Source: Lachnospiraceae bacterium (GTDB lineage Bacteria; Bacillota; Clostridia; Lachnospirales; Lachnospiraceae). Taken from it: a stretch of 64,000 nucleotides of DNA. The notes beneath the pieces were generated by a model, which saw only the letters and a program-made list of their open reading frames with translations, did not search any database and was not told the DNA's origin. Where the stretch lies: positions 2,187-66,186 of the forward strand of contig JBGVOM010000216.1 of the NCBI GenBank assembly GCA_045126515.1. The letters are read 5' to 3'. A program made the position numbers and the translations under genes. Shown here one piece after another: positions 1 to 10,205 of this stretch (the stretch's first letter is position 1; every line of letters begins with the position of its first letter).

Positions 1-446
1 ACATATAGTGTGCAGTTATCTCCATTAAGAAGCACATAACAAACATTATCTTTAAATTTATTGGTTAGATCAATTACTTGATTCTGAAAATAAAGTGTAA
101 CTGTGCCATCATCTGAATATGTTACATCAACATTATTTGATAGTTGCTCGATTAATTCTTCCTCCGTCAAAGGACGTTCTCTACCAAAAATGTCGTAGGC
201 AACCCCGCCACCGCCAGATTCTTTTACATTACCTTCAGCATCGGTATATTTCATAGAATAACTACCGTCTGAATTAAAGTCTACAGTAACTTCCGTTTGA
301 TCTCCATGGATCCACAGTTGGAGTGTTCTCTGCATTCCACCAACATTTGCAGCATATGCTGTGCCGGTTCCTCCAATTAATAATAAGCAAATTGTAGCGG
401 CTACAGCAATTGACCGATATGTTTTTCTTTTATTTAATTTAGCCAT
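1..446 (-). CDS. Membrane-anchored protein downstream of ECF sigma factor (putative anti-sigma factor-like), 3' end beyond window
   Basis: Minus-strand ORF starting with ATG at 444-446, preceded by GGAGG (revcomp of tctacctcca at 451-460). The N-terminus is MAKLNKRKTYRSIAVAATICLLLIGG with one TM helix. It lies immediately downstream of the ECF sigma gene on the same strand. Confidence 0.4.
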   Translation of the reverse strand, partial: MAKLNKRKTYRSIAVAATICLLLIGGTGTAYAANVGGMQRTLQLWIHGDQTEVTVDFNSDGSYSMKYTDAEGNVKESGGGGVAYDIFGRERPLTEEELIEQLSNNVDVTYSDDGTVTLYFQNQVIDLTNKFKDNVCYVLLNGDNCTLY

Positions 447-516
447 TTTTTCTACCTCCAAAGAAAAGTTTTCGGAGGTTTGTAAAACCGAAAATGCTTG
501 TTTATATTTTTCTTTA

Positions 517-996
517 TTAGTCATCTTCACATTCCTCCTTTAATGTGTCTTTTAGTAGAGCGCGTCCACGTGATAATCTGACTTTTACGTTACTTTCAGA
601 TATTTTTAAAATGTCGGCTATTTCTTTGATGGTGTAATCTTCATAATAAAACAGATGAATGGTAATACGATATTTATCCGGAAGATTCATGACATTTTCA
701 AATAATCCTTTAGACTCCGGTGTCTCGAAAACCAATGTTTCTATATAATCCTCTAGTGATGTTCTATTTCTATGCCAGAAGGATGTAGCCATATTTTTTG
801 CTTTATTAATTGCAACTCTTAACAGCCATGCACGTATATGCTGCTCTGTTTCAAACGTTTTTTTTGATGAATAATACTGAAGAAAAGTATCCTGAACTAC
901 ATCTTCTGCATCATCAGCATTTTTGCATATATTAAATGCCACCGCATATATGTTGTTCTTGTACTTAGCTATCAGTTCCTGTACTGGTAGTCTCAT
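517..996 (-). CDS. ECF-type RNA polymerase sigma-70 factor
   Basis: 159 aa. Sigma-70 region 2 (DVVQDTFLQYY) and region 4 HTH (YTIKEIADILKISESNVKVRLSRGR) are readable in the translation. Confidence 0.8.
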   Translation of the reverse strand: MRLPVQELIAKYKNNIYAVAFNICKNADDAEDVVQDTFLQYYSSKKTFETEQHIRAWLLRVAINKAKNMATSFWHRNRTSLEDYIETLVFETPESKGLFENVMNLPDKYRITIHLFYYEDYTIKEIADILKISESNVKVRLSRGRALLKDTLKEECEDD

Positions 997-1270
997 GAGT
1001 TTCTCCTTTGTTTTTATGCTTTAAGGCCTTACATATATAATACAATTGAAAAAGAAAAAAGGTTACAAAAAATTTATAAGACAAAAATATTTTACACAGA
1101 TAAAATATAATAAAGTTTAACGAAGAGGGATTAAACGTGAAACAGTATATTGTAGATGCCGGTATATGATAGAAGAGGTTGAAGGGAAAATGAATCGTCT
1201 CGATTTTCTTTTCCAATGAAATTTTTTTTGATAATAGTGGTATAATGGTTTGAGTAAATGAACGAAGGAG

Positions 1271-1642
1271 GTGAAAGCATTGACTGCTCATTACAAAAAT
1301 ATTCGAACTCTTGCGGAGGAATTTGAAAGTTGTCGGAAGATACTCATTGCGCTTGGTGATGAGAATCGTCAGCATCTTATGCTTGAAATGATGAAAATGG
1401 AACAATGCGATGGTGTGCGCGTCGGTACCATAACGGAAAAGACACACCTTTCCAGACCGGCGGTGTCCCATCATCTTCAAATACTGAAAGAGGCAGGGAT
1501 TTTGAAAATGCGTCGCGAGGGAACAAAAAACTACTATTATTTTGATGCGGATATGGAAGCCATGAACAGTCTGATTAATATGCTGAACCATGCAAAAATC
1601 ATTATGGAACAACTGCCGGACAGGAGTGGTGAAAGATGGTAA
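1271..1642 (+). CDS. ArsR/SmtB-family winged-HTH transcriptional regulator
   Basis: 123 aa with HTH segment LSRPAVSHHLQILKEAGIL. Start may be TTG 1280 rather than GTG 1271, which overlaps the GGAGGTG RBS. Confidence 0.6.
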   Translation: MKALTAHYKNIRTLAEEFESCRKILIALGDENRQHLMLEMMKMEQCDGVRVGTITEKTHLSRPAVSHHLQILKEAGILKMRREGTKNYYYFDADMEAMNSLINMLNHAKIIMEQLPDRSGERW

Positions 1643-2433
1643 AGGTGCATATTTTTCATACGGGAAGCGTTATTGTTGATCAGGCAATTCCACATAGGGA
1701 AAAAAATCCGATGGCGGTAACAGGATTTTTACGAAGCAAGAAAAAAAGAATAAAACTGCCGGTATCTTGTTATCTGATTGAACATCCAAAGGGAAAAATA
1801 CTGATTGATACGGGGTGGGATTCTAAATATGTATCAGAAAGACCAAGTATGCTTTTAAACAGCATCAGCAGACCTGTTATCATGCAGGGCGAAAGTGTAG
1901 ACTGTAAGCTGAAAGAGCTTGGTATTGCTCCGACTGATATTGATTATATTTTTCTCAGTCACATGGATTTCGATCATACGAGCGGGCTACGTCTTGTAAA
2001 AGATGTAAAGCATATTATGACGGCAAAAGAGGAGATTGCGGACAGTCGCAAGTATTTCTTTCGTTATGTAAAAAGCACATGGAGCTTTGCAAATATTGAA
2101 CCGTTTGAATATGAACAGACAGGAATCGGACCTGTGGGAAAGTCCTATGATGTGTTTGGGGACGGAAGCGTTATACTGGTAAACACGCCGGGGCACAGCC
2201 ATGGACTATTCAGCGTGAGAATCAGCAATGGAAATCAGTATGTGGTTTTGGCAAGTGATGCGGCATATACACAGAAATCCTTAAAGGAGCAAATTATTCC
2301 TGGCTTTGCTGTGGATACTAAGCTTGCAAGAAAATCTTTAGAGTGGGTTTGCAAATGCTCCACTGATAAAAACTGTATTCTGTGTGCTGCTAACCACGAT
2401 CCGGCAATCAAAGAACAGATGATAGAATTATGA
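1636..2433 (+). CDS. MBL-fold metallo-hydrolase (lactonase-like)
   Basis: 265 aa. HxHxDH zinc motif (SHMDFDHTSG). It overlaps the upstream regulator by 7 nt, consistent with translational coupling. Confidence 0.75.
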   Translation: MVKVHIFHTGSVIVDQAIPHREKNPMAVTGFLRSKKKRIKLPVSCYLIEHPKGKILIDTGWDSKYVSERPSMLLNSISRPVIMQGESVDCKLKELGIAPTDIDYIFLSHMDFDHTSGLRLVKDVKHIMTAKEEIADSRKYFFRYVKSTWSFANIEPFEYEQTGIGPVGKSYDVFGDGSVILVNTPGHSHGLFSVRISNGNQYVVLASDAAYTQKSLKEQIIPGFAVDTKLARKSLEWVCKCSTDKNCILCAANHDPAIKEQMIEL

Positions 2434-2525
2434 AAGGGATTCAGGGTCAAATGATTGAGAAAAATACTTGGATGTCTGATTCTGGAGCCGGCTTTATAAA
2501 ATATATCTAAATGGAGGAAAAGAAA

Positions 2526-3200
2526 ATGAATTTAACAGAAGCAATGGAGGCTAGACATAGTGTCCGTCAGTATAAGAACAAACCTTTGGAAGCAGATGTT
2601 GTTTCCGCATTGCAGGCAGAAATCGACACCTGTAATAAGGAAAGCGGGCTGCATATTCAGCTAATTACCAATGAACCAAAAGCCTTTGACGGTTTCATGG
2701 CACATTATGGAAAGTTCAGCGGTGTGACCAATTATATCGCAATGATTGGGAAAAAGGATGCAGGACTTGATGAAAGATGTGGCTATTATGGAGAACGTCT
2801 TGTACTTTTGGCACAGCAGCTAGGGTTAAATACCTGTTGGGTAGCGATGTCATACAGTAAAATAAAGACAGCTTTTGTGATTGATAAAGGAGAAAAACTT
2901 TGTGTTGTCATTTCATTGGGGTATGGCGAAATACAAGGAATTCCGCACAAATCTAAGACAATAGATGAAGTAACGAAAGTGGACATGCAAATGCTGGAGT
3001 GGTTTGAGAATGGTGTCAAGGCGGCTCTCCTCGCGCCTACTGCAATGAACCAGCAAAAATTTGTATTTTCATTCAAAGGAAATGAAGTATCCGTAAAAGC
3101 TGGAATTGGTTTTTATACTAAGTTGGACCTTGGAATTGTAAAATACCATTTTGAAATTGGGGCAGGGCAGGAAAATTTTCAGTGGAAAAAGGACATTTGA
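2526..3200 (+). CDS. Nitroreductase-family oxidoreductase
   Basis: The N-terminus MNLTEAMEARHSVRQYKNKPLE is a typical nitroreductase FMN-binding N-terminus. ATG 2526 follows GGAGG; the ORF track extends to 2511. Confidence 0.7.
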   Translation: MNLTEAMEARHSVRQYKNKPLEADVVSALQAEIDTCNKESGLHIQLITNEPKAFDGFMAHYGKFSGVTNYIAMIGKKDAGLDERCGYYGERLVLLAQQLGLNTCWVAMSYSKIKTAFVIDKGEKLCVVISLGYGEIQGIPHKSKTIDEVTKVDMQMLEWFENGVKAALLAPTAMNQQKFVFSFKGNEVSVKAGIGFYTKLDLGIVKYHFEIGAGQENFQWKKDI

Positions 3201-3311
3201 TGGGAGCAGAGTGTATCCTTTGAAAAGATAGAATAAACGATGAAAAAATTTCTTGACTCGTCCCTTAGGGGAGATTATAGCATAGTCTTATCAAACGAAG
3301 GAGGCTATGCT

Positions 3312-4034
3312 ATGAGTATATGTATCGAAGTAAACAATCTTACCAAAGCATTTTCTGGAAGAACTGTGGTAGATGGACTTTCCTTTCAGGTTGAGACCGG
3401 GGAAGTTTTTGGACTTTTAGGACACAATGGAGCAGGAAAAAGCACCACCATTGATTTGCTTTTAGGGCTAAAGAAACCAGACAGAGGATATGGAAAGATT
3501 TTTGGGATGGAACCGGAAAAAAATCGAAAAAAAGTATTTGAACGGGTTGGGGTGCAGTTACAGTCATCCAACTATCAGAATAATATTCGGGTGGATGAAG
3601 TCTGTCAGCAGATGTCCGCCCTATATAAAAACCCGGAAGACTATCATGAATTGTTAAAATTCTTTTCGCTGGAGCAGTTTGAAAAGTCTAAAGTAAACAA
3701 GCTTTCCGGTGGTGAGAAACAGAAATTGTCTGTTGCCTTATCATTGCTCAATCATCCGGAAATCGTATTTTTAGACGAACTTACCACCGGGCTGGACACA
3801 GCAGCCAGACGGGATGTTTGGAAACAGTTAAAGGAATTGAAGAAAAAGGGAACCACTATTTTTCTTACCACTCATTACATGGAGGAAGCAGAGAGTCTGT
3901 GTGACCGAATTTGTCTGATGAAGAATGGCAAAAAGGTAATTGAGGGAACGGTAAAAGAAGTGGTAGAAAAGAGTCCCTATGACCACTTAGAGGAAGCATA
4001 TCTGTGGTACATGGGCGAGGAGGTGGAACAATGA
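3312..4034 (+). CDS. ABC transporter ATP-binding protein
   Basis: Walker A GHNGAGKST, signature LSGGEKQKL, Walker B IVFLDE. Start ATG 3312 follows AAGGAGG; the ORF track start at 3240 is upstream of the RBS. Confidence 0.8.
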   Translation: MSICIEVNNLTKAFSGRTVVDGLSFQVETGEVFGLLGHNGAGKSTTIDLLLGLKKPDRGYGKIFGMEPEKNRKKVFERVGVQLQSSNYQNNIRVDEVCQQMSALYKNPEDYHELLKFFSLEQFEKSKVNKLSGGEKQKLSVALSLLNHPEIVFLDELTTGLDTAARRDVWKQLKELKKKGTTIFLTTHYMEEAESLCDRICLMKNGKKVIEGTVKEVVEKSPYDHLEEAYLWYMGEEVEQ

Positions 4035-4768
4035 AACGCTTTTTAAAACTTTATTCTGTAGAACAAAAACTGGGACTTCGCTCAGGGGATATGATATTGT
4101 TCGGGGTAGCTATGCCGGTTGGAATTATGATATTGATTTCCATGATTGCAGGGAATAAAATGGCAGGAGAGGGTTACACCTATCTGGAGGGTTCCTTTGC
4201 CTCTTTGATTGCAGTGGGAATCTGCGCATCGGCATTTATGGGAATTCCATTAACCATAGTGGATTATCGGGACAAGAAAATACTGAAGCACTTTTTTACC
4301 ACACCATGTAGTCCTGTATGGCTTTTAGGCAGTGATGTTTTGTGCTGTGCAGTAAATGCCATTCTTTCTGCAGTGGCAGTATCGTTGGTGTCAGTAGTAT
4401 TTTTAGGATATGAAATGCGAGGAAATGTTTTGCAATTTATCGGTGCATGGTTTCTGACCATGATATCTATGTTCAGCATTGGGCTTTTGATGGCAAGTCT
4501 ATGCAGGACAGTAAAAGTGGTAAATGCGGTGACAACTCTGGTGTATTTTCCGATGCTGTTTTTATCCGGAGCAACCATACCTTATGAATTATTTCCGGTG
4601 GGATTGCAAAGAGTGGCTTCTGTACTGCCATTGACGCAGGGAATTAAACTGATGAAGGCAGTATCTATGGGAACGCAGACAGATTCTGTAGGGAAGATAG
4701 TTATATTGCTTGTGTGTATTACGGTAGTTTGTAGTGTGGTTTCCATAAAGACATTTCGATGGGAATAG
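4031..4768 (+). CDS. ABC-2 family transporter permease
   Basis: About 245 aa and hydrophobic with six predicted TM segments. ATG 4031 overlaps the ATPase stop, indicating coupling, and is preceded by GAGGAGG. Confidence 0.65.
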   Translation: MKRFLKLYSVEQKLGLRSGDMILFGVAMPVGIMILISMIAGNKMAGEGYTYLEGSFASLIAVGICASAFMGIPLTIVDYRDKKILKHFFTTPCSPVWLLGSDVLCCAVNAILSAVAVSLVSVVFLGYEMRGNVLQFIGAWFLTMISMFSIGLLMASLCRTVKVVNAVTTLVYFPMLFLSGATIPYELFPVGLQRVASVLPLTQGIKLMKAVSMGTQTDSVGKIVILLVCITVVCSVVSIKTFRWE

Positions 4769-4776
4769 GTGATAAT

Positions 4777-5646
4777 ATGAAAAATATGAAAATGAATGAA
4801 CATCATGAAAGTTGTGAAGTAAAAGAGCAAATCAGACTTTATAGGATTGGCATGTTTGCTAACATGAATCGTGTGACCATCAAGACATTACGCTACTATG
4901 ATGAACAAAATTTGTTGAAACCTGCATATGTGGATGGTGAAAATGGTTATCGGTATTACGGAGCCAGCCAGATTGCGGATTTACATAGAATACTTGCGTT
5001 AAAGAACATGGGATTTTCCATAGAGGATATTCAGAGAATTACAAGTGGTGAAGCAGACAAAAATCTGCTTCATCGGAAAAAACAGGAAATATTAAAAGAG
5101 ATTGCTGAATTGACAGCAAAGTTAGCCCAGGTGGAAAGTTATTTGGCGAAAGAGGATATAGACTTATCTTCACCGGTGCTTGTGAAAAAAATTCCGGAAG
5201 TGATTGTTTGTTCTATGGAGAGAAGAATTGAATCTTATGATGAATTATTTGAAATGATGCCGGAAATGGGAGCAGAAATGGAACGGATTGGATGTATATG
5301 TGCAGAGCCGGAGTATTGCTTCACCCATTATCTGGAACCGGGAGAACTGGGAGAGGATATTTTGATTGAAACCTGTCAGGCAGTAACCGAGAGAAAAGAG
5401 GATTCTGATAAGATAAAGTTTAAGGTTTTACCGGAAGTTGCAGAAGCTGCCTGTATTTTTCATAAAGGTTCTTATGAAACATTTCCAAACTCTTACGCTG
5501 TAGTTTTGAGGTTTATTGAGGAAAACGGTTATGAAATATGCGGAAATATCAGAGAATCTTATATTGACGGAGTGTGGAATAAAGAAAAGGAAGAAGATTG
5601 GTTGTCAGAGATACAGGTTCCGGTAAGGAAAGTATCAAAAAATTAA
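4777..5646 (+). CDS. MerR-family transcriptional regulator with GyrI-like effector-binding domain
   Basis: N-terminal MerR HTH (LYRIGMFANMNRVTIKTLRYYDEQNLLKP), a coiled-coil linker, and a C-terminal domain of about 150 aa typical of GyrI-like domains. Confidence 0.7.
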   Translation: MKNMKMNEHHESCEVKEQIRLYRIGMFANMNRVTIKTLRYYDEQNLLKPAYVDGENGYRYYGASQIADLHRILALKNMGFSIEDIQRITSGEADKNLLHRKKQEILKEIAELTAKLAQVESYLAKEDIDLSSPVLVKKIPEVIVCSMERRIESYDELFEMMPEMGAEMERIGCICAEPEYCFTHYLEPGELGEDILIETCQAVTERKEDSDKIKFKVLPEVAEAACIFHKGSYETFPNSYAVVLRFIEENGYEICGNIRESYIDGVWNKEKEEDWLSEIQVPVRKVSKN

Positions 5647-5809
5647 GACGATATGATATTAGCAAAAATGGGGCGACAGGGAATATTTATCCATAATTTT
5701 ACAAAATTTTTACATGAGAGTGGTTGAGGAAAAGTGAAATTTATTGACATAATATTTCGGTAAATGCATTTAGTTCTAAAGGAAATATGTGAAAAGAGAG
5801 GAAAATAGA

Positions 5810-6763
5810 ATGAAATATGGAACAGTTAATTCCCTGCAGTCCCCAAGATTTGCAGGAGTGAAAACATTCATGCGAATGCAGAATGTTAAGACATTACAAG
5901 ATATTGATTTTGCAGTTGTTGGAATCCCTTTTGATACATGTGCCACTTATCGGGCAGGAGCACGTTTCGGTCCGACGTCCATAAGAGAAATGTCATCACT
6001 GGCAGCAAAACCATATAATCCGGAACTGGCGGTAGATATTTTTGAGGAATGTTCCGGCGTTGATTTTGGAGATTTGGGTTCTGTACCGGGATATGTAGAA
6101 GATTCATTTGATATTATTCAGAAAGAGATGCAGGAAATATTTGCGCATGGAGTTATTCCGATTGCCATGGGAGGAGATCATGGTATCACCTTGCCGGAAT
6201 TGCGGGCATGTAGAGCAGTTCATGGTCCGGTAGCCTTAGTTCATTTTGATGCACATTATGATACGATTTCAGAATATTTTGGAAAACCGTACAGCCACGG
6301 GACACCATTTTATCACGCAGCAAAGGAGGGTTTAGTGGATACGTCCTGTTCTATCCAGCTAGGGATAAGGGAGGGACTATATGGAGAAGAAGATGCCAAC
6401 AATTCAGCCAATTTAGGATACGCATCTATGAAGGCTTCTGAAATGCACCGAATGTCATTGGAGAAAATCATTGAAAAAATTTATGAGAGAACAAAGGGAA
6501 AAAAAGTCTTTTTAACCTTTGATATTGACTTTTTGGATCCTGCTTATGCTCCTGGAACAGGTACTCCTGTGCCGGGGGGATTTTCTACATGGGAAACTTT
6601 GGAATTGATTCGTGGGTTAAAGGAACTGAATATTGTAGGATATGATTTGGTGGAGGTAGCACCGGCATTTGACGGAAGTGGAATTACTTCCATTGCGGCA
6701 GCAGGAATCATACAGGAATTTATGTCACAGATTGCATGGAGAAAGAAACAAGGAAAGCTTTGA
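5810..6763 (+). CDS. speB: Agmatinase / arginase-family ureohydrolase
   Basis: Arginase-fold Mn-binding motifs are present: GGDHGIT, DAHYDT, DIDFLDPAYAPGTGTP. Confidence 0.75.
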   Translation: MKYGTVNSLQSPRFAGVKTFMRMQNVKTLQDIDFAVVGIPFDTCATYRAGARFGPTSIREMSSLAAKPYNPELAVDIFEECSGVDFGDLGSVPGYVEDSFDIIQKEMQEIFAHGVIPIAMGGDHGITLPELRACRAVHGPVALVHFDAHYDTISEYFGKPYSHGTPFYHAAKEGLVDTSCSIQLGIREGLYGEEDANNSANLGYASMKASEMHRMSLEKIIEKIYERTKGKKVFLTFDIDFLDPAYAPGTGTPVPGGFSTWETLELIRGLKELNIVGYDLVEVAPAFDGSGITSIAAAGIIQEFMSQIAWRKKQGKL

Positions 6764-6927
6764 AAGAATTTTTTAGGAAAGATTATCGACGTGTCCTTTA
6801 GTTTATTTCCCAAATAACCAAGTTTAGCAAAGAACAGTTGAATCAAATGAAAATAGGGTGTTAAACTATTCCTTGGGATTTTATTACATATATATTAAGA
6901 AAAATAAAACAAAGGAGGAATGCGGTT

Positions 6928-7494
6928 GTGAAAAAATTTAACCCTAAATTTCTGGCGATTCAGATACTGATTATATTTGCAATTTCACTTATTGTGGGTA
7001 TTTTCCTTGGAATTAATTCAGTACATCCGGTGCCGGGAATCATTGGAGTGACAATTTTCGTTGCTTTTGCAGTGAGTGTATTTTACTTTGGTGTGTTCGG
7101 TCACGTTCTTACAGAGAAGATTGCCATGAAAACGGAAAGAAAATATTCAGCAGAAAGAGGATACTCTGACAGCGAAACATTTTATTCAAGTGCAGAAATT
7201 TTCAAGGTAAATGTGGAGAACGGAAAAATTGCTTATATTGCAAATCAGAATCCACTGGAGTTTCAGGAAGCTAGTGCGGCGGACATTACAAATGCGAAAA
7301 CAGGATATTTTCCAGGCCCACTTGGTGGAACCAGCTATGTGTATTTTGAATTTTTGTACCAGGGTAAAAAGAAAAGAATTGCAACCTTTAAGTCAAATCA
7401 GGCATATAGCTTGCAGTCCGGGGAAGTAATGGAAGCAATGTCTAAAGCAGATTACTTTTGCGAAATCATTAATAAGGCAAAAGCGAATGCTTAA
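6928..7494 (+). CDS. Hypothetical membrane protein
   Basis: GTG start preceded by AAAGGAGG. Two N-terminal TM helices, then a soluble domain. No recognisable family. Confidence 0.4.
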   Translation: MKKFNPKFLAIQILIIFAISLIVGIFLGINSVHPVPGIIGVTIFVAFAVSVFYFGVFGHVLTEKIAMKTERKYSAERGYSDSETFYSSAEIFKVNVENGKIAYIANQNPLEFQEASAADITNAKTGYFPGPLGGTSYVYFEFLYQGKKKRIATFKSNQAYSLQSGEVMEAMSKADYFCEIINKAKANA

Positions 7495-7511
7495 GAATAG
7501 GAAGGTGAGCA

Positions 7512-7895
7512 GTGGTGGGACCAATTACAAAGCTGCTTGGATGGCTGCTTTATTTTATTAATAAACATACAGATTCTGAAACCATAAAATGTAAGCAGTG
7601 TAAAGGGGTTATGACTTCAAGAAAGCAATACTTGGCGTTGTTGCCTGTTTTCTTTGATGAGGAACACGAAGAATCTGTAGCTTATTACCTAAATAATATG
7701 ATAACTATAGAAGATGAGGAAGAAATACCAACAGGAAGGCGTGCCTGCTATATCCATGTGTTTCAATGTGGAAGCTGTGCCAATAAGTTAATCAGTGTAG
7801 TAGATTTCCTGAAAGTTCGGGAGCAGTTTTTAATTAAAGGCGGGGATACTTATCCTTATGAGGAGTTTAGAACATATATAGAAAGTCGTTCTTAG
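7512..7895 (+). CDS. Hypothetical Cys-rich protein (two CxxC pairs, zinc-ribbon-like)
   Basis: 127 aa containing CKQCKG and CGSC pairs. Confidence 0.4.
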   Translation: MVGPITKLLGWLLYFINKHTDSETIKCKQCKGVMTSRKQYLALLPVFFDEEHEESVAYYLNNMITIEDEEEIPTGRRACYIHVFQCGSCANKLISVVDFLKVREQFLIKGGDTYPYEEFRTYIESRS

Positions 7896-8082
7896 GAAGT
7901 ATTTTTATATCTCTCTCCCTAAAAATTCATCCTAATAACATAGAAAATGAAATCATGCAAAAGGCTGTTGCAATCAAAGTCAATAGATGGTATATATGAT
8001 ATAAAGGAATTAGAAAGTATCGTACATATTATCAGGGCTTGTTGGAACAGTCTTTTTGTATATATATGAGGAGAAGGATAAG

Positions 8083-8805
8083 ATGAAAAAGGTACTAATT
8101 TTAGAAGATAAAAAGGAAAATATAGGGTGCTTAGTGAACATTATTCGGGATATGGGAAAAGAAATTGAGATATACGAAACCACGGAAACAGGAAAAGCAT
8201 ATCAAATTGCATTAGAGAAGAACGTGGATGTGTTTTTATTAGATATTGTTTTAAAGCCGGAAAAAGTTGGAGATATGTCTGGCATGGTATTTGCAGACCG
8301 TATACGACAGGTGGAAAAGTATAAGTTTACGCCAATTATATTTTTAACTGCCTTGGGGGATCCGGAGTTACATGCATACAAAGAACTTCATTGTTACGGA
8401 TATTTAACAAAACCTTATAATAAGGAAAAACTGACCAAGTTGTTAGAAGAAGCCTTAACCTTTGAACAACATAAGGAAGATAATAAAAACATTTATTTTA
8501 AAAAGGATGGCATTTTTTTTGCAAAAAAAATGCAGGATATTGTGTATATTAAAAGTAGTGCAGGAAAAATGTTTATTAAAACTACCAAAGATGAATTAGA
8601 GATTAGTTATAAATCCAATAGTCAGGTGATCAAAGAGTTAGATTCCGAAGATTTTATTAAATGCAATCGCTCGGTGTTAGTGAACAAAGCCTTTATTGCA
8701 TCGATAGACAGTACGAACCGTTATATTCAGTTAAAGGATGGGTATGGCACTCTGGAAATAGGAACCATTATGAAAAAGGATTTTCTAAAGGAGATTTTCA
8801 GATGA
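8083..8805 (+). CDS. LytTR-family response regulator (AgrA-like)
   Basis: Receiver domain (MKKVLILEDKK, acceptor Asp in FLLDIVL) plus a C-terminal LytTR DNA-binding domain. ATG 8083 follows GAGGAGAAGG. Confidence 0.75.
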   Translation: MKKVLILEDKKENIGCLVNIIRDMGKEIEIYETTETGKAYQIALEKNVDVFLLDIVLKPEKVGDMSGMVFADRIRQVEKYKFTPIIFLTALGDPELHAYKELHCYGYLTKPYNKEKLTKLLEEALTFEQHKEDNKNIYFKKDGIFFAKKMQDIVYIKSSAGKMFIKTTKDELEISYKSNSQVIKELDSEDFIKCNRSVLVNKAFIASIDSTNRYIQLKDGYGTLEIGTIMKKDFLKEIFR

Positions 8806-10130
8806 ATACAATCTTATATAATATTTTAGAGAATATTTTCTATTATACGCCAGAAACCCTGGGGATATTACTTCTTACCCATGGACTTCTTCAAAAGAAA
8901 ATGCGTTTTGATAAGACAAATATTTTTTATTTACTGCTGTCAAATCTGTTTTTTAGGTGTTATGATGCTTATTTCATGGAGTATGGTCCTATTAGTATTA
9001 AGACTCGCGTTATATGGTATTTGATTCATCCCGTATTTGTTTATCTGATGTTTATCTATATCAAATTTAAAGTAACGTTAGAAAGAGCTTTACAGGCGAT
9101 GATGGCAACCTATTTGATTATATTTGTGATAGAGATTTTGGTGATGACAGCAGTATCTTATATTACTTACTTTTGTCTGGAGCCAAATACATATATTCCA
9201 CATGCTTTGCTATGGACAGGCAGTGGGGTGACTTGCCTTACATGCTATCTGATCTATAAAAAGTGTAACATTACGAAAATATTTTTTTATATTTTTGAAA
9301 AGAATCGTGTCTTAGGACGAATCGTGGAAGGCGCAGGAGTCATGTGTGTTGTCGGTGCTTTGCTCTATCAGACAAAAGGGACAATGACAGATACGGAAAT
9401 TTTACTTTTTTTCTTTTTTATTGTTTTATTTATAATTACTTTATATCAATGGAAAAAAGCAATGGATCTTAGTCAAGAAAAAGATAAGCGAATTTTAATT
9501 CAGCAAATGTGTCAGGAGTCCTATGAACAGCTGATATTGGAAGTGAGGAATCGTCAGCATGAGTTTCAGAATCATTTATCAGCACTTCAGGGAATGTGTT
9601 ACTCCTGTCAGACCATAGAAGAACTGTCAGAACTTCAAAGCCAGTATTGTGACCGTATACTTGTGGAAAATAAATATAATAAGCTTTTATACATATGCAA
9701 AAGTCCAATTATAGGTGGTTTTTTATACAGCAAATTTTCCAAAGCCGAGGAAAAGGGAATTGAGACAGGATATCAAGTCGCAATGGATTTCAAAGAAGAG
9801 AAAATAGATGAATTTGAAATGATTGAGATGATTGGGATTTTGTATGATAACGCTGTAGAAGCATTAGAAGTCGAAGACGAGAAAAAAATTAATGTAAAGG
9901 TATCCCAGGAGGGAGAACAGCTTATTATTTCTGTGGAAAATATTAGTCCATTTGTATCAAGTGAAGAAATTGCGGACTTTTTCCAACAAGGATTTAGTAC
10001 CGAAGGAAAAGGTCGGGGGCTTGGGCTTGCAAAGCTTCAGAAGATGGTAGAAAAGTATAAAGGAAGAATTGTCATCCAGAATGTAGAAAGAGAAGGAAAC
10101 AACTGGATTGCGATTGATTTATTCTTTTAA
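8802..10130 (+). CDS. Polytopic sensor histidine kinase, HPK10/AgrC-like (GHKL ATPase)
   Basis: ATG 8802 overlaps the regulator stop (ATGA). Six to seven TM helices, an H-box (RNRQHEFQNHLSALQG), and a C-terminal GHKL domain (GRGLGLAKLQKMVEKYKGRIVIQN). Confidence 0.7.
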   Translation: MNTILYNILENIFYYTPETLGILLLTHGLLQKKMRFDKTNIFYLLLSNLFFRCYDAYFMEYGPISIKTRVIWYLIHPVFVYLMFIYIKFKVTLERALQAMMATYLIIFVIEILVMTAVSYITYFCLEPNTYIPHALLWTGSGVTCLTCYLIYKKCNITKIFFYIFEKNRVLGRIVEGAGVMCVVGALLYQTKGTMTDTEILLFFFFIVLFIITLYQWKKAMDLSQEKDKRILIQQMCQESYEQLILEVRNRQHEFQNHLSALQGMCYSCQTIEELSELQSQYCDRILVENKYNKLLYICKSPIIGGFLYSKFSKAEEKGIETGYQVAMDFKEEKIDEFEMIEMIGILYDNAVEALEVEDEKKINVKVSQEGEQLIISVENISPFVSSEEIADFFQQGFSTEGKGRGLGLAKLQKMVEKYKGRIVIQNVEREGNNWIAIDLFF

Positions 10131-10205
10131 ATGGTATATATTTAAGTTACTAGAAATTTTATGCTTATGGCATAGTTCAAGACATATAATTAAGGAGGGT
10201 TTTTT

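Noticed and set aside
361-543. 60-aa plus-strand ORF
   Set aside because: It lies antisense within the putative anti-sigma gene and the sigma-factor junction and has no RBS.
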